A stretch of DNA of 64,000 bases from Candidatus Marinacidobacterium sp. (GCA_965204755.1 OZ242011.1:1088001-1152000); one strand, 5' to 3'; positions 29,531 to 39,593 are shown, numbered from the stretch's first letter. Numbers and translations: made by a program. The notes: generated from the letters alone by a model not told the origin.

Positions 29531-32500
29531 TCAGGCGGGAATCCCATCAGCACTCAGTCGCTCGACGCGGTGCCGGGAATCACCGGCCAGTCTTGTTTCC
29601 GCCCAGTCTCGCACTCCGGGATCATGCGTGAACAGGACGACCTGTCGATCTGCGGCGATCGAAAAAAGCGCATCCAGCACGGCGTCCCGCCGGTCCGTAT
29701 CGCTCGATGCCGTCGGATCGTCGAGGATCAGCGGACACTGCTCATCCGTCCGGCCGAGGTGTTCCGCCAAGGTGACTCGAAGCAGCAGGTAGATCTGCTC
29801 GGCCGTACCGCGCGACAGATCGGCTGCCGATCTCCATCGCTTTCGGTCCCCGCACACCTCGACGGCCAGCGTCCTCGGATCGACTCGACAATCGGTGTAA
29901 CGACCTCCGGTAACGCCGGCGAGCCTCTTACGAACACCGGACCTCAGGATCGGCGCCAAGTCTCGATGGATGCGCTCTTCCGCCTGTTCGAGGAAGCGAA
30001 TGGTCGTCTCGAGTGTCCTGTCGAGTTCCCGGACCCGATCCCGTTCCGCCTCGGTCGCCGCCAACGCCTCCTCGAGTTCCACCAGAACGGGGAGTGTCGC
30101 CTCGAGATGCTGCGACTCGCCGCTGGCCTTGTCGAGATCGCTGCGCCAACCATCCAACTCCTTCTGAAACGCGTCACGCATCCGCTCGACTGCCGCGGCC
30201 CCCTGGCTCCGCAGTTCTCCGGCCAGGTCGTTGTCCGCGCCTCTCGAGAGTCCCGCCGCCCGTTCGGCCGACTCCTTCGCTCGCCGCTCGAGTCCAGCAA
30301 GCGTGACGCCGTCGGTCTTCTCCCGATAGCGCCCCCATGCCTCACGACGGCGCTCGTACTCCTCGCGCTGCCTACCGCGCTCCGTGATCCACTTTCCAAC
30401 GGCGTCGGCCGCCGGCTCCGGCTCGGTCGCTTCCACGCCGGCGGACTTCGCCGCGCTGATCACGGCCCGGGCGAGGCGCCCCCTGCGAGAGACCTCCTCT
30501 TCGTAGGCGCTGTCCTGCGTCTGGCGGTCGAGGAGCGCTTCGCCCAGGCCCTTCCTCTGCGATTGCTCGTTCCGCTGCATGCTCTCCCGCAGCGCCGGTG
30601 TCGGGGCTTCGGCGCGGACTGCGACCACGCTTTCTTCTGAGGTGTCGCCCAGTACCCGTTCCCATTCGCCCTGCCGCTCATCCACCTCCCGCGAGAGTTC
30701 GTCGAGCGTTCGACCCTGGAGCAACGCTTGCAGCCTGCCCCAGTCTTCGTTACGCCGATCGAACTCTTTTCGCCGCTCCGTCTGTTTGGACTGCCACGAT
30801 TCCAGACTCCCAGCCGCTTCCTCCGGGTTCCCGGGCTTCAAGCCGGCCGACCGGGCGACATCCAGAAGACGACGCCCTTCCTTCTCTCGCTGCTCGACTC
30901 CGGCCTCGTAGGCATCCTCCTCGGCTCGCCGTTCGGCGAATTCCCGGTTCCATTTTTCGCGATCCGCGGCTGCGGAGCGCCGATGGCGATCCCAATCGGA
31001 ACCGGAAAGGGGCTGGCGTCGCGCCGCCTCGAGCCGGTCCGCGGAGGCGATGGAGGCCGCTTCGCGGGCCGTTCGATCGAGCTCGTCACACTCGGTTTCG
31101 AGATCCGCGAGAGGACGACCGGCGGTGACCTGCTCGAGAAGAGCCCGATCCGAGCGGAGCGCATCGAACGCTTCCCGATCCTTCCTCCGCGCGCTCATCC
31201 AGTCTCGGAGCGACTCGGCCTCCACTACCGCGCTCGTCGAAGTCGAGCCGATCTTCGCCGCCGCATCGCGAATCATCTGCTTCGCTCGTTCGATCCTCCG
31301 ACGGTCCTGCTCATACGCTTGGTCATCCACGCGCCTCACGGTGATCGCCCGCTCCAATTCGCGGCGGCGAGCCGTGAGTTCTTCCAGCCGGCGTTGACGC
31401 TCCGCGGTCCGCTCGCGAACAGCCTTCGCGAACCACCAGATCCCGCCGGCGACGACGGCGGCCGATGCCGTCCATGCGGCGAGGCTGCCGGTCACGCCGG
31501 AAAGAGCGAGAAGCGCCAGCACGACTCCGATCCCGTAGAGCGAAGGACGCCCTCGAAGCGCCTCTGCAGCGCCGCGCCCTTCAGCCAGACCCATCACTTC
31601 CCGATCGACCTCGACCAGTTCCGCCGAGAGGTCGGCCTCGGTCGAGCCGGGCGGCCGCTCGCTGTCGGGCCGCTCGTCCCACCGACGCAGCGCTTCGCCG
31701 ACCTCTCGCTCGACTGGCTCGTGTTCGCTCGGTCGCCGCTCGGGGGCGCCACTCACAAGTTCGGCGAGGCCCCGCGCCTCTTCCAGGACACTACGGCGTT
31801 CATGCGCTTCGACTTCCGCGTGAACCGCCGCGCGCGCCTGCTCCTCGACGCGCGACGCCTCGATCTTGGCCGCGACCTGATCCGAGGACACGCCGACCAG
31901 CGGCTTCGGGGCCTGAGAGCCTCGCCAACTCTCCAGGGCGACAGCCACCCGTTGCTCCAACTCCTCGTGGTCTCCGCCCAACGGACGAGGTGCCCCGTTC
32001 GGAAACCGATCATCGAGCGCGGCCGCTTCTCCATACCGAGTCCTCAGATCCTTCAACTCGATCTCCAAAGCCACTACCCGACACGCGGCCTCCCGTCGTT
32101 CAGACTCGGCGATTCGTTCGCGCAGTTCTTTCGCGGACGGGCCCTCCGGCGGTTGCGGCTCGGGCGCCGACTCCCAACGGCTGAGCGCTCCGGCGAGACG
32201 CCCCTCCAGACCCTCCTCCTCGTCGCGCCCCGGAGGAACCGGCTCCCCCCGGGGAAACAGCCGACTCAACTCGCGCGCCTCCTCGTAGCGCCTTTCGGCG
32301 GCCGCGGCCTCCGTTTCCGCAAGGATCGCCTGCACCGTCTGCAAACGCGTCTCGGTAACCTTTTTCCGGTCCTCCATCTCCCGTATCCGCTCCCCTCTTC
32401 GTCGGTGCTCGTCATACCGCTTCCGCGCACTGTCCAACGCTTCGTTCGCCGACTTCACCGCGGCTTGCGAGCGGCGGAGGGGTTTCGTCGGAGACCGTTC

Positions 32501-33073
32501 CGTCCCCACTCGCTCTCGACGGAAGTCCGAAAGCAGTTCGACGGCCTTTCGCGCCGTCTGATCCGATCGCGCCGTGGCCGCGGCGCGCTGGAGATCCACC
32601 TGCAGGGCGCCGGCGTCGTCCAGAATCGCGAGGATCTCCGCCTGTCGCACGCAGGCGACACTTTCGAAGGTCTCCCGGCTGAGTCCGACCCACCGTGACC
32701 CGTCCGGCGCACCGGCGTTCATTACGCTGCCGGACAGGTCCCGGTGCGAGTCCGCATCGCGCGCGGAACTGTCCACGCCCCGGGCGAGGTCCTGCAGCAA
32801 TTCGACGCGGCGACCGTCGGCCAAACGGATGACGACGCCGACGGCCCACTCGCTTCCGTCGTCCCATGGCCGATGTCGCGCATCGAACTGCCGGGCGACT
32901 TTCGAGCGCCCCGGCCCCCGTTTCTGTCCGCACAGACCCACGGAGACCGCCGCCCGCAGTGTCGATTTGCCGGACTCGTTCGGCCCGTGGATCACATTCA
33001 TGCCCGGCGCCAGTTGGAGCGTACGGTCATGGAACGGACCGAAGGGCCGGCAATGGATCGTTTCGAAGACCAT
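29531..33073 (-). CDS. YhaN/SbcC-like (AAA_27, Rad50-type) ATPase with a central TM hairpin
   Basis: FGPF, NVIHGPNESGKST, FESVACVRQ, long coiled coils, signature LSRGTAEQIYLLLR, Walker B PLILDDP, RQVVLFTHD; ATG 33073 overlaps the upstream stop (TGATG). Confidence 0.88.
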   Translation of the reverse strand: MVFETIHCRPFGPFHDRTLQLAPGMNVIHGPNESGKSTLRAAVSVGLCGQKRGPGRSKVARQFDARHRPWDDGSEWAVGVVIRLADGRRVELLQDLARGVDSSARDADSHRDLSGSVMNAGAPDGSRWVGLSRETFESVACVRQAEILAILDDAGALQVDLQRAAATARSDQTARKAVELLSDFRRERVGTERSPTKPLRRSQAAVKSANEALDSARKRYDEHRRRGERIREMEDRKKVTETRLQTVQAILAETEAAAAERRYEEARELSRLFPRGEPVPPGRDEEEGLEGRLAGALSRWESAPEPQPPEGPSAKELRERIAESERREAACRVVALEIELKDLRTRYGEAAALDDRFPNGAPRPLGGDHEELEQRVAVALESWRGSQAPKPLVGVSSDQVAAKIEASRVEEQARAAVHAEVEAHERRSVLEEARGLAELVSGAPERRPSEHEPVEREVGEALRRWDERPDSERPPGSTEADLSAELVEVDREVMGLAEGRGAAEALRGRPSLYGIGVVLALLALSGVTGSLAAWTASAAVVAGGIWWFAKAVRERTAERQRRLEELTARRRELERAITVRRVDDQAYEQDRRRIERAKQMIRDAAAKIGSTSTSAVVEAESLRDWMSARRKDREAFDALRSDRALLEQVTAGRPLADLETECDELDRTAREAASIASADRLEAARRQPLSGSDWDRHRRSAAADREKWNREFAERRAEEDAYEAGVEQREKEGRRLLDVARSAGLKPGNPEEAAGSLESWQSKQTERRKEFDRRNEDWGRLQALLQGRTLDELSREVDERQGEWERVLGDTSEESVVAVRAEAPTPALRESMQRNEQSQRKGLGEALLDRQTQDSAYEEEVSRRGRLARAVISAAKSAGVEATEPEPAADAVGKWITERGRQREEYERRREAWGRYREKTDGVTLAGLERRAKESAERAAGLSRGADNDLAGELRSQGAAAVERMRDAFQKELDGWRSDLDKASGESQHLEATLPVLVELEEALAATEAERDRVRELDRTLETTIRFLEQAEERIHRDLAPILRSGVRKRLAGVTGGRYTDCRVDPRTLAVEVCGDRKRWRSAADLSRGTAEQIYLLLRVTLAEHLGRTDEQCPLILDDPTASSDTDRRDAVLDALFSIAADRQVVLFTHDPGVRDWAETRLAGDSRHRVERLSADGIPA

Positions 33074-34170
33074 CAGGGAACTTCCAGATCCTCTCGGCCG
33101 TCCAAGGCGCGAAGGCCCGTCATCAGCACACGCCGTTCTTCGTCCGCCATGAGGTCGGCTTCGAGGACATCCCGAACGAATTGTCCGCGCACGGTGTCTT
33201 CCTCTCGAAGCGCAGCGAAATCGTACGCCGGACGAACCTCCCACCGAACCTGAGCGGCGTCGAAATCCCGAAGGCACTGACGGAGGTGGGACTCCTCGAG
33301 GTCCATGTCAGGATGCAAATCGCCGCTTACGGTGAGCCGGACGAAACCGCTCGCACCGGATGCGCGCTCCTCGAGTCTCTCGGTCACTTCCCCGCGGGTC
33401 GTGCACCCCGTGAGGTCGAGCGCCAGGTCGTGGGTCTCCGTCAGGGCTACCCTCCGTCGCTCACGGTGGATCTCGCCGTCGCCCTCGACGGACGCGATCA
33501 CGACTCCGCGGTCGCCCGTCTCCCCGAACTCGAGCGGATCCGGGTTTCCCGGGTAGGTGAGGAACTTCGAGTCGCGAGGCCGGTGGTAGTGGCCCAGGAA
33601 GGCGTGAGTGAACCGCGCCCTCTCGATTTCGACCGCGTCGAACGCGGCATGGGGTTCCTTGCCGACTCCCTGTTCGGTCAACCAGTTCTTCTCGGCGCCG
33701 TGGAAGAGCGCGAGGTGGCATCCGTCGCCCTCGACCCGGAAGTCGCTCAGGAAGTTGTCGGTGTTCGCCGGCGCCAGGTGCGCCGCGCCCCACAGCGTGA
33801 CGCCATCGCCCAGAGGCGTCGGCTCGAAGCGGGCCGCCCGGAAAATGTGGACATTGTCGCTCCAACCCCTCGCCGCGTAGGGACTTTCGGGGCCGTACCA
33901 GTCGTGGTTGCCGGGCGCGAGGAAGACGCGCGTCGGGGACAGGCTCTCGAAGACCTTCACCAGGAACTCCGCGGTGTCTCTCGTAATCCGATCGTGTTCG
34001 TAGAGATCCCCGCCACAGAGCAGGGCATCCGCCTCCACTTCCCGCGTGAGTTCGACGATCCGACGGAGCACCTTCCTCTGGTTCTCCCGGCGGCCGCTCG
34101 CCGCGGCGGTTCCGGCCCACGCGAACGCGCGGTCGAGGTGCAAGTCGGCGAAGTGGACGATCTTGACCAT
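33073..34170 (-). CDS. YhaO/SbcD(Mre11)-like metallophosphoesterase DNA exonuclease
   Basis: HFADLHL, GGDLYE, PGNHD, LFHG, FLGHYH, YPGNP. Confidence 0.92.
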   Translation of the reverse strand: MVKIVHFADLHLDRAFAWAGTAAASGRRENQRKVLRRIVELTREVEADALLCGGDLYEHDRITRDTAEFLVKVFESLSPTRVFLAPGNHDWYGPESPYAARGWSDNVHIFRAARFEPTPLGDGVTLWGAAHLAPANTDNFLSDFRVEGDGCHLALFHGAEKNWLTEQGVGKEPHAAFDAVEIERARFTHAFLGHYHRPRDSKFLTYPGNPDPLEFGETGDRGVVIASVEGDGEIHRERRRVALTETHDLALDLTGCTTRGEVTERLEERASGASGFVRLTVSGDLHPDMDLEESHLRQCLRDFDAAQVRWEVRPAYDFAALREEDTVRGQFVRDVLEADLMADEERRVLMTGLRALDGREDLEVP

Positions 34171-34231
34171 CGGCGGGTGACTACGACTTGCGCGGCGACG
34201 GGAGGATAAGGCCGACGATGGACACGGAGCG

Positions 34232-35263
34232 TCACCCGCCGACGGGGTCCTCGGAGTCGGCGCCCTTCCGGCCGAATCCCCGGTCACGCGGAGGAGGCGG
34301 CGTCCCGGAAAGCGGAACCGCCGAGGCGCGGCGGCGGCGATCGGCCTCGGCCAGGGTCTTCGGCCAGGTCTTCTTCAGGAGGCGCGAGAGGGCGCGGTCG
34401 CGGAGGAGGCGGCCGCCGGTCTGGCAGGTCGGGCAGTAGTTGCACTCGTTCTCCGCCCGCGCGATGCGCTGGACCGGGGCGCCGCACTTCGGGCAGGGTT
34501 CGCGGAACTTGCCGTGGACGGCCATCTCGGGGCGGAAGGCGGTGACCCCGGCGGGGAAGTCCGGGCCGCTCTCCTCGCGGAGCCGCGCCGCCCACTCGGT
34601 GAGGACGCCGGCCGCCGCCCGGTGGAGCCGTTCGGTCTCGGCGGCGTCGAGCCGGTTCGCGATCTTCGTCGGCGAGAGGCGGGCGCGCCAGAGGATCTCG
34701 TCGGAGTAGGCGTTCCCGATCCCGGCGAAGCGCGCCGGCTCGGTGAGCGCCCGCTTCAGGGTTCTCGGGCAGTCCGCGAGCCGGGCGGCGAAGTCGCCGA
34801 GGGTCGAACCGGGGACCTCCAGGCCGCCGGGGTCGAGGGCGGCGAGCGCCTCCGCGGTCGCTCCGAGCCGGATCGTCGCCCGCTTCTTCCGGCTGCGCTC
34901 GACCAGCCGCAACTGGCCGGTTCCGCCGTCCGCCAAGGCGAAGTCCCAGATCGCCAGGTTGCCTCTCGGGGAGAGCCGGGCCGGTTTCGGCGTCTTCTTC
35001 CCGCCCGGTCGCAGGTCCGTCCAGTGGAGCCGGCCGGCGACCGCCAGGTGCACGGAACAGAAATGGGCCGCCTCAAGGAGGATCACCAACTGCTTGGCCA
35101 CGCGGCGCGCGCCGAGGACGGTCCGCCCGGCCAGCGCCGCCGGAGCGGGCTCGACGGTGGCCAACAGGTGGGGCGCGGCGAGCGAGAGCCGCTCCAGCCG
35201 GGCGCCCTCGATCCGCTCGGCGAGCGCCGCGCGGTACGCCTCGAGATCCGGATATTCGGGCAC
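34232..35263 (-). CDS. Fpg/Nei-family DNA glycosylase/AP lyase
   Basis: N-terminal PE(YPD), HLAVAGRL, H2TH AGIGNAYSDEILWRARLSP, zinc finger CPKCG..YCPTCQ. Confidence 0.92.
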   Translation of the reverse strand: MPEYPDLEAYRAALAERIEGARLERLSLAAPHLLATVEPAPAALAGRTVLGARRVAKQLVILLEAAHFCSVHLAVAGRLHWTDLRPGGKKTPKPARLSPRGNLAIWDFALADGGTGQLRLVERSRKKRATIRLGATAEALAALDPGGLEVPGSTLGDFAARLADCPRTLKRALTEPARFAGIGNAYSDEILWRARLSPTKIANRLDAAETERLHRAAAGVLTEWAARLREESGPDFPAGVTAFRPEMAVHGKFREPCPKCGAPVQRIARAENECNYCPTCQTGGRLLRDRALSRLLKKTWPKTLAEADRRRRASAVPLSGTPPPPRDRGFGRKGADSEDPVGG

Positions 35264-35362
35264 GACCGGGCGGACTCCGCCGGTAGTCTTTCAGCCTCCG
35301 GATTCCGGCCCCCACCACGCGCCCCTGCCCGGCAGGCAGTGGCCCCGCCCCGAGGAAGACCC

Positions 35363-36148
35363 ATGAACGAGTCCCCGCAGCAGCGTTTCCGGGATCGAGT
35401 CGCCGTCGTCACCGGCGCCTCGAGCGGCATCGGACGGGCGGCCGCCCGCTCGCTCGCCGCCGAAGGCGCCGGCGTAACGCTCGTGGCCCGGCGGGGGGAG
35501 CGGCTGCGCGAAGCGGCCGGCGAGATCGAGTCCGCCGGCGGGCGCGCGCTCCCGCTCGCCGGCGATGTCACCGACCCCGACTTCCGCAGCCGCGTGGTCG
35601 CGGAGACGGTGAGCCGGTTCGGCGCGCTGGACCACCTGGTGAACGCCGCCGGGGTCATCGCCTTCGGCACGGTGAAGGACACGGAACTCGACGCCTGGCG
35701 GCGGATGTTCGCGCTGAATGTGGAGGCGGTGTTCGACCTGCTGCGGCTCGCGACGCCGCACCTGCTCGCCCGCCGGGGAAGCGTGGTGAATGTCTCGAGC
35801 GTGAACGGCCTCCGGTCGTTTCCCGGCGTCCTCGCCTACAACTGCAGCAAGTCGGCGCTCGACCAACTCACCCGCTGCGCGGCCCTCGAACTCGCCGCCG
35901 AGGGCGTGCGCGTCAACTCGGTGAATCCGGGCGTGACCCGGACGGAACTCCACACCGCCGGCGGACTCGACGCCGACCGGTACGCGGCGTTCCTCGAGCG
36001 CAGCAAGACCACGCACCCGATCGGCCGGGTGGGCCGCCCGGAAGAAGTCGCCGACCTCGCGCTCTACCTGCTGTCCGACCGGGCGGGCTTCCTCACCGGC
36101 GTCACGGTTCCGGTGGACGGCGGCCGCCACTTGACCTGCGCCCGGTAG
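35363..36148 (+). CDS. Short-chain dehydrogenase/reductase
   Basis: VVTGASSGIG, LVNAAG, VNVSS, YNCSK, GVRVNSVNPG, VDGG. Confidence 0.95.
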   Translation: MNESPQQRFRDRVAVVTGASSGIGRAAARSLAAEGAGVTLVARRGERLREAAGEIESAGGRALPLAGDVTDPDFRSRVVAETVSRFGALDHLVNAAGVIAFGTVKDTELDAWRRMFALNVEAVFDLLRLATPHLLARRGSVVNVSSVNGLRSFPGVLAYNCSKSALDQLTRCAALELAAEGVRVNSVNPGVTRTELHTAGGLDADRYAAFLERSKTTHPIGRVGRPEEVADLALYLLSDRAGFLTGVTVPVDGGRHLTCAR

Positions 36149-36242
36149 CGGGCCGTCGTCGGGAGAGCGCCCGACCGCTCCCTTCTCGTCCCTTCTCGAC
36201 CGGAACGCGCGGCGGCCCCGTCCGGCTTCCCGGCGGGGGGAC

Positions 36243-36827
36243 TCAGTTCCGGCGGCGGGTCTCGAGGAAGTCCTCGAGGTCGTCCAGCCCGCGGAGCAGC
36301 GCCTCCGGCGATCCGTCTTCCCGAGTCCCCGCGCGCAGCGGCGCGTGCAGGAACTCCGGAGGCTCGCCCGGCGCGGCGCCGCGGTCGAGGGAGATCTTCC
36401 CCTCGGGGCCGCCGACCACGGAGGGGAGCCGGCCCGGCCGCCCCCGGAGGAAGACGACCACCCGCTCGCCGACCTCGAAGCGCGGCATCTCGGAGACCAT
36501 GACCGTGGTGTCGCCCACGGTGCCGCCGAGGACGCGGAAGTGGACGGTCTCCGAGGCCCGGCCGGCCAGCACCCGGTCCACCGCCAGCGTGAACCGGGTG
36601 TGGATGCGGGTCCGGTCGTAGTTCCACTCGCCCACCGCCGCCTCGATCGTCCCGGCGACGACCGAGGTCGAGAGATCGGCCAACTGCTCGATTCCGAGCG
36701 GTGCGAACAGATCCTCCGGGGCGTGGCGCTGCGCTTCGGCGGAGAGTGCGAAGACCAGCGCGCACCCGAGGGCGGCGCCGGTCGGTCCGCCGCGAAAGCG
36801 AGCAGGAAGAGGCATCGGCTCCATCAT
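36243..36827 (-). CDS. Secreted hypothetical protein resembling the N-terminal (OB/TIMP-like) domain of bacterial matrixin-family proteins
   Basis: Signal peptide, then IEQLADLSTSVVAGTI..IHTRFTLAVDRVLAG..VLGGTVG..VSEMPRFEVGERVVVFL. Confidence 0.6.
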   Translation of the reverse strand: MMEPMPLPARFRGGPTGAALGCALVFALSAEAQRHAPEDLFAPLGIEQLADLSTSVVAGTIEAAVGEWNYDRTRIHTRFTLAVDRVLAGRASETVHFRVLGGTVGDTTVMVSEMPRFEVGERVVVFLRGRPGRLPSVVGGPEGKISLDRGAAPGEPPEFLHAPLRAGTREDGSPEALLRGLDDLEDFLETRRRN

Positions 36828-36916
36828 AGCGAACGACCCGCGGGCGGGGCGGGGGCTTCCTTCCCGCGGGAGGGCCTCCCGGAAGCGGCCCCCGAACCCG
36901 GTGTAGCATCATTCGC

Positions 36917-38017
36917 ATGAGGGATCGGGCGGCAACGCCGACGGCCGACCGACCGCGCGGCTCCGGGAGCCGCCGGCGGAAGCGCGTCCGGGGCGGGCTC
37001 GCCGCCGGGGCCGGACTCGCGCTGCTCGTCGTCGCTCCCGGCGCCGACGCCTACCGATTCTCGGTGGTGGGCGCCAGGGTCGGCGGCGCGGAGGACGCCC
37101 GCCGCTGGGACGCCGCCGACCTCCCGGTGCGGTTCCGGGTGCTCTCCAACGGGAACCTGCCCGCCGAGGACTTCTCCTCCCACGCCGAGTGGCGCGCCTA
37201 CATCGCCGAGGTCTTCGACCACTGGAACGACATCGAGACGGCCGAGGAAATCCTGGCCGTGGACGAGGCGCCGGCCGTCCAGGAGGAAGCGTCCCGCGCC
37301 GACGGGTGGAACACGATCGGCTTCTCCTCGTACTTCGCCCGCAACGACTTCCCCTACTCCGGGTTCGCCTCCTGGCAGGTCTCCGGGAGCGCCCTCACCT
37401 CGTGCGACATCGAGTTGAACCCGATCTACCGGGTGGACGAGGGCTGGGAGACCCGGCAGTCGGCGCTGGTGCGGTTGATCCTCCACGAAGTCGGCCACTG
37501 CCTGGGGCTGCTCCACTCGGTGCTGCTCCCCATGCCCTTCGACTACGGCCTGCCCGAGTTGGAACTGGAAGGGTTCGAGGCCGACCCGATCATGTCCTAC
37601 GGTCGGCAGAAGGACTACCTGACGCGCGACGACGCCGTCGCGGCTTCCCTGCTCTACCCGACGGCCGGCTTCGCGGAGGAAACCGGATCCCTGCGCGGGG
37701 AGATCCGCTTCTCGGACGGGGGGCCGGCGCGCTTCGTCTATGTGCAGGCGATCGAGATCGGCGACTCGAACGCGCGCGCCGGGCCCGGCGCGTTCTCCAA
37801 CGAGGAGGGCGTCTTCCTGCTGGAGGGGGTGCGCCCCGGCCCGGTGTTCCTCTGGGTCCACTCCTTCGTGGTGGGCGTCGCCCACAACTTCCGCGCCGAC
37901 CCCGGCGATCGGGAGATCCGTTTCCCGCAGGTCTGGGCGTTCTCCGAGGCGGAGGCTGGGGCGGTCACCGCCGTACCGGGGATCACTCTCCGGCGCGGTC
38001 TCGGGGATTCGGGATGA
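36917..38017 (+). CDS. Secreted matrixin (M10-like metzincin) metalloprotease with C-terminal beta-sandwich domain
   Basis: Signal peptide; CDIELN; HEVGHCLGLLH (HExxHxxGxxH); Met-turn PIMSYG; LTRDD..LLYP; TAGCAT 7 nt before the ATG. Confidence 0.87.
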   Translation: MRDRAATPTADRPRGSGSRRRKRVRGGLAAGAGLALLVVAPGADAYRFSVVGARVGGAEDARRWDAADLPVRFRVLSNGNLPAEDFSSHAEWRAYIAEVFDHWNDIETAEEILAVDEAPAVQEEASRADGWNTIGFSSYFARNDFPYSGFASWQVSGSALTSCDIELNPIYRVDEGWETRQSALVRLILHEVGHCLGLLHSVLLPMPFDYGLPELELEGFEADPIMSYGRQKDYLTRDDAVAASLLYPTAGFAEETGSLRGEIRFSDGGPARFVYVQAIEIGDSNARAGPGAFSNEEGVFLLEGVRPGPVFLWVHSFVVGVAHNFRADPGDREIRFPQVWAFSEAEAGAVTAVPGITLRRGLGDSG

Positions 38018-38553
38018 CCCCCCGCGCCCGCCGGTGGGCGGCGGCCGCCGGACTGGGGCTCGGCGCGGCGCTCTCCCTGACCGCCGCCTGCTCGGAAACG
38101 CCGGCGCCGGTCCCCGCGGCGCCGCCGGCGGGCCCGGAGGCGGCGCCGGAAGCCGCTGCCGGGGCCGGCGTCGAACTCCCGGACGGGCGGGCGGCGCAGA
38201 CCGCGTGCCGCGGACTCTCGATCGTTCCCTCCCACCGGGGCGCGGCGGAGGCCGAAATCGCCATGCAGCGGGCCCGCCTCCGGGTGACGCACCCGGAAGC
38301 GGGCGTGGCGATCGCCCTGCTCGGCCCCTACTACGGGGGCCCCGACGACGATGTCCCCTCGAACATCCCCGCGATCCCCACCGCGCCGCGGCCGCTGGCC
38401 TTCGTCTCCGACCTCTCCTACCGCCGGACCGAGGGCGCCTTCACGCAGGAACTCACCGTGTCCTGGTTGGGCCGGCTCGAATTGGAAGTCGCCGCCCCGG
38501 ACTGCAGCCCGGTGCGCGTCACCTGCGATACGACGACTTGTTTCACCGGATGA
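38014..38553 (+). CDS. Hypothetical lipoprotein
   Basis: MTPRARRWAAAAGLGLGAALSLTAA-C lipobox, Pro/Ala linker, Cys-containing domain; ATGA overlaps on both sides. Confidence 0.7.
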   Translation: MTPRARRWAAAAGLGLGAALSLTAACSETPAPVPAAPPAGPEAAPEAAAGAGVELPDGRAAQTACRGLSIVPSHRGAAEAEIAMQRARLRVTHPEAGVAIALLGPYYGGPDDDVPSNIPAIPTAPRPLAFVSDLSYRRTEGAFTQELTVSWLGRLELEVAAPDCSPVRVTCDTTTCFTG

Positions 38554-39593
38554 GGCGCGGACGCCGCCGGGCCGCGCCGGCGTTCGCCGGACTCCTGGCC
38601 CTGGCCGCCGCCGCGCCGGCTTCCGCGTATTCCTTCCGCGACCCCCGGTTCCGGGTGATCGGCCCGGAGGAGGCGCCGCGCTGGCTCGCCACCGACCGCA
38701 CCATCCGCTTCCGGCTGCTGGAGAACGACAACGACGACGGTCTCGCCTTCACCGGCGGCGGCTCCTGGCAGGACGCCGTACGGTCGGCGATGGAGCGCTG
38801 GAACGGGGTTTCGACCGCGGACATCCGGCTGGTCATCGACCCGGCGCCGGCGCGGCGCGACTGGGGGGCGGACGACGACGGGATGAACACCATCGGGGTC
38901 TCCAGTTTCCCGCCCCTCGTCAGCAAACCGGTCCCGCTCGCCACGAACTCGGCGACGATCCGGAGCGGGTTCATCATCGGCTGCGACATCGAACTGAACC
39001 GGGCGGCGCTCGTCGGGCGCGAGGTTTCCCGCCGGCGGCTGGAAGCCGACCTCCTGCATCAACTCGGGCACTGCCTGGGACTCGGCCACACCGAACCGTT
39101 CCCGGCTTCGCTCTACTCACTCCCGGACTACGAGCCGGACGAGGACCTGTTCCCGGACTTTCCCGACCCGGTGATGTCCCGCGGCGCCACGGACGCGCGG
39201 TTGACCGCCGACGACCGGGCCGGCGTTTCGGTGCTCTACCCGGCGCCGGGCTTCGCCGCCGCGTACGGTTCGGTGCGCGGCGAGTTGGTCACCGTGTACG
39301 GCGACCCGGCGGCGCACGCCTTCGTCCAAACCCTCCTCCTCGACGAAAACGGGAACGCGCGACCCGGCCCGGGAGCCTTCTCCGACGCCGAGGGGCGTTT
39401 CCTCGTGCAGGGGGTGGCGCCGGGCGCCGCGCTGCTGGTGATCCACCCGATCGTGGACCCGTGGGGTTACTTCTTCCGCACCTCGTACAACGCCGTGCGG
39501 GACCAGTGGAGGTTCACCGAGGTCCGCGCCGGGGAAGTCACCGAGAGCGCGGGGCCCCGCATCCGGCCGGAAAGCAGATCCAACCGGTCCTGA
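38550..39593 (+). CDS. Matrixin paralog with catalytic Glu->Gln (probable pseudoprotease)
   Basis: Signal peptide; CDIELN; HQLGHCLGLGH; PVMSRG Met-turn; colinear with 36917..38017. Confidence 0.83.
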   Translation: MRRGRRRAAPAFAGLLALAAAAPASAYSFRDPRFRVIGPEEAPRWLATDRTIRFRLLENDNDDGLAFTGGGSWQDAVRSAMERWNGVSTADIRLVIDPAPARRDWGADDDGMNTIGVSSFPPLVSKPVPLATNSATIRSGFIIGCDIELNRAALVGREVSRRRLEADLLHQLGHCLGLGHTEPFPASLYSLPDYEPDEDLFPDFPDPVMSRGATDARLTADDRAGVSVLYPAPGFAAAYGSVRGELVTVYGDPAAHAFVQTLLLDENGNARPGPGAFSDAEGRFLVQGVAPGAALLVIHPIVDPWGYFFRTSYNAVRDQWRFTEVRAGEVTESAGPRIRPESRSNRS

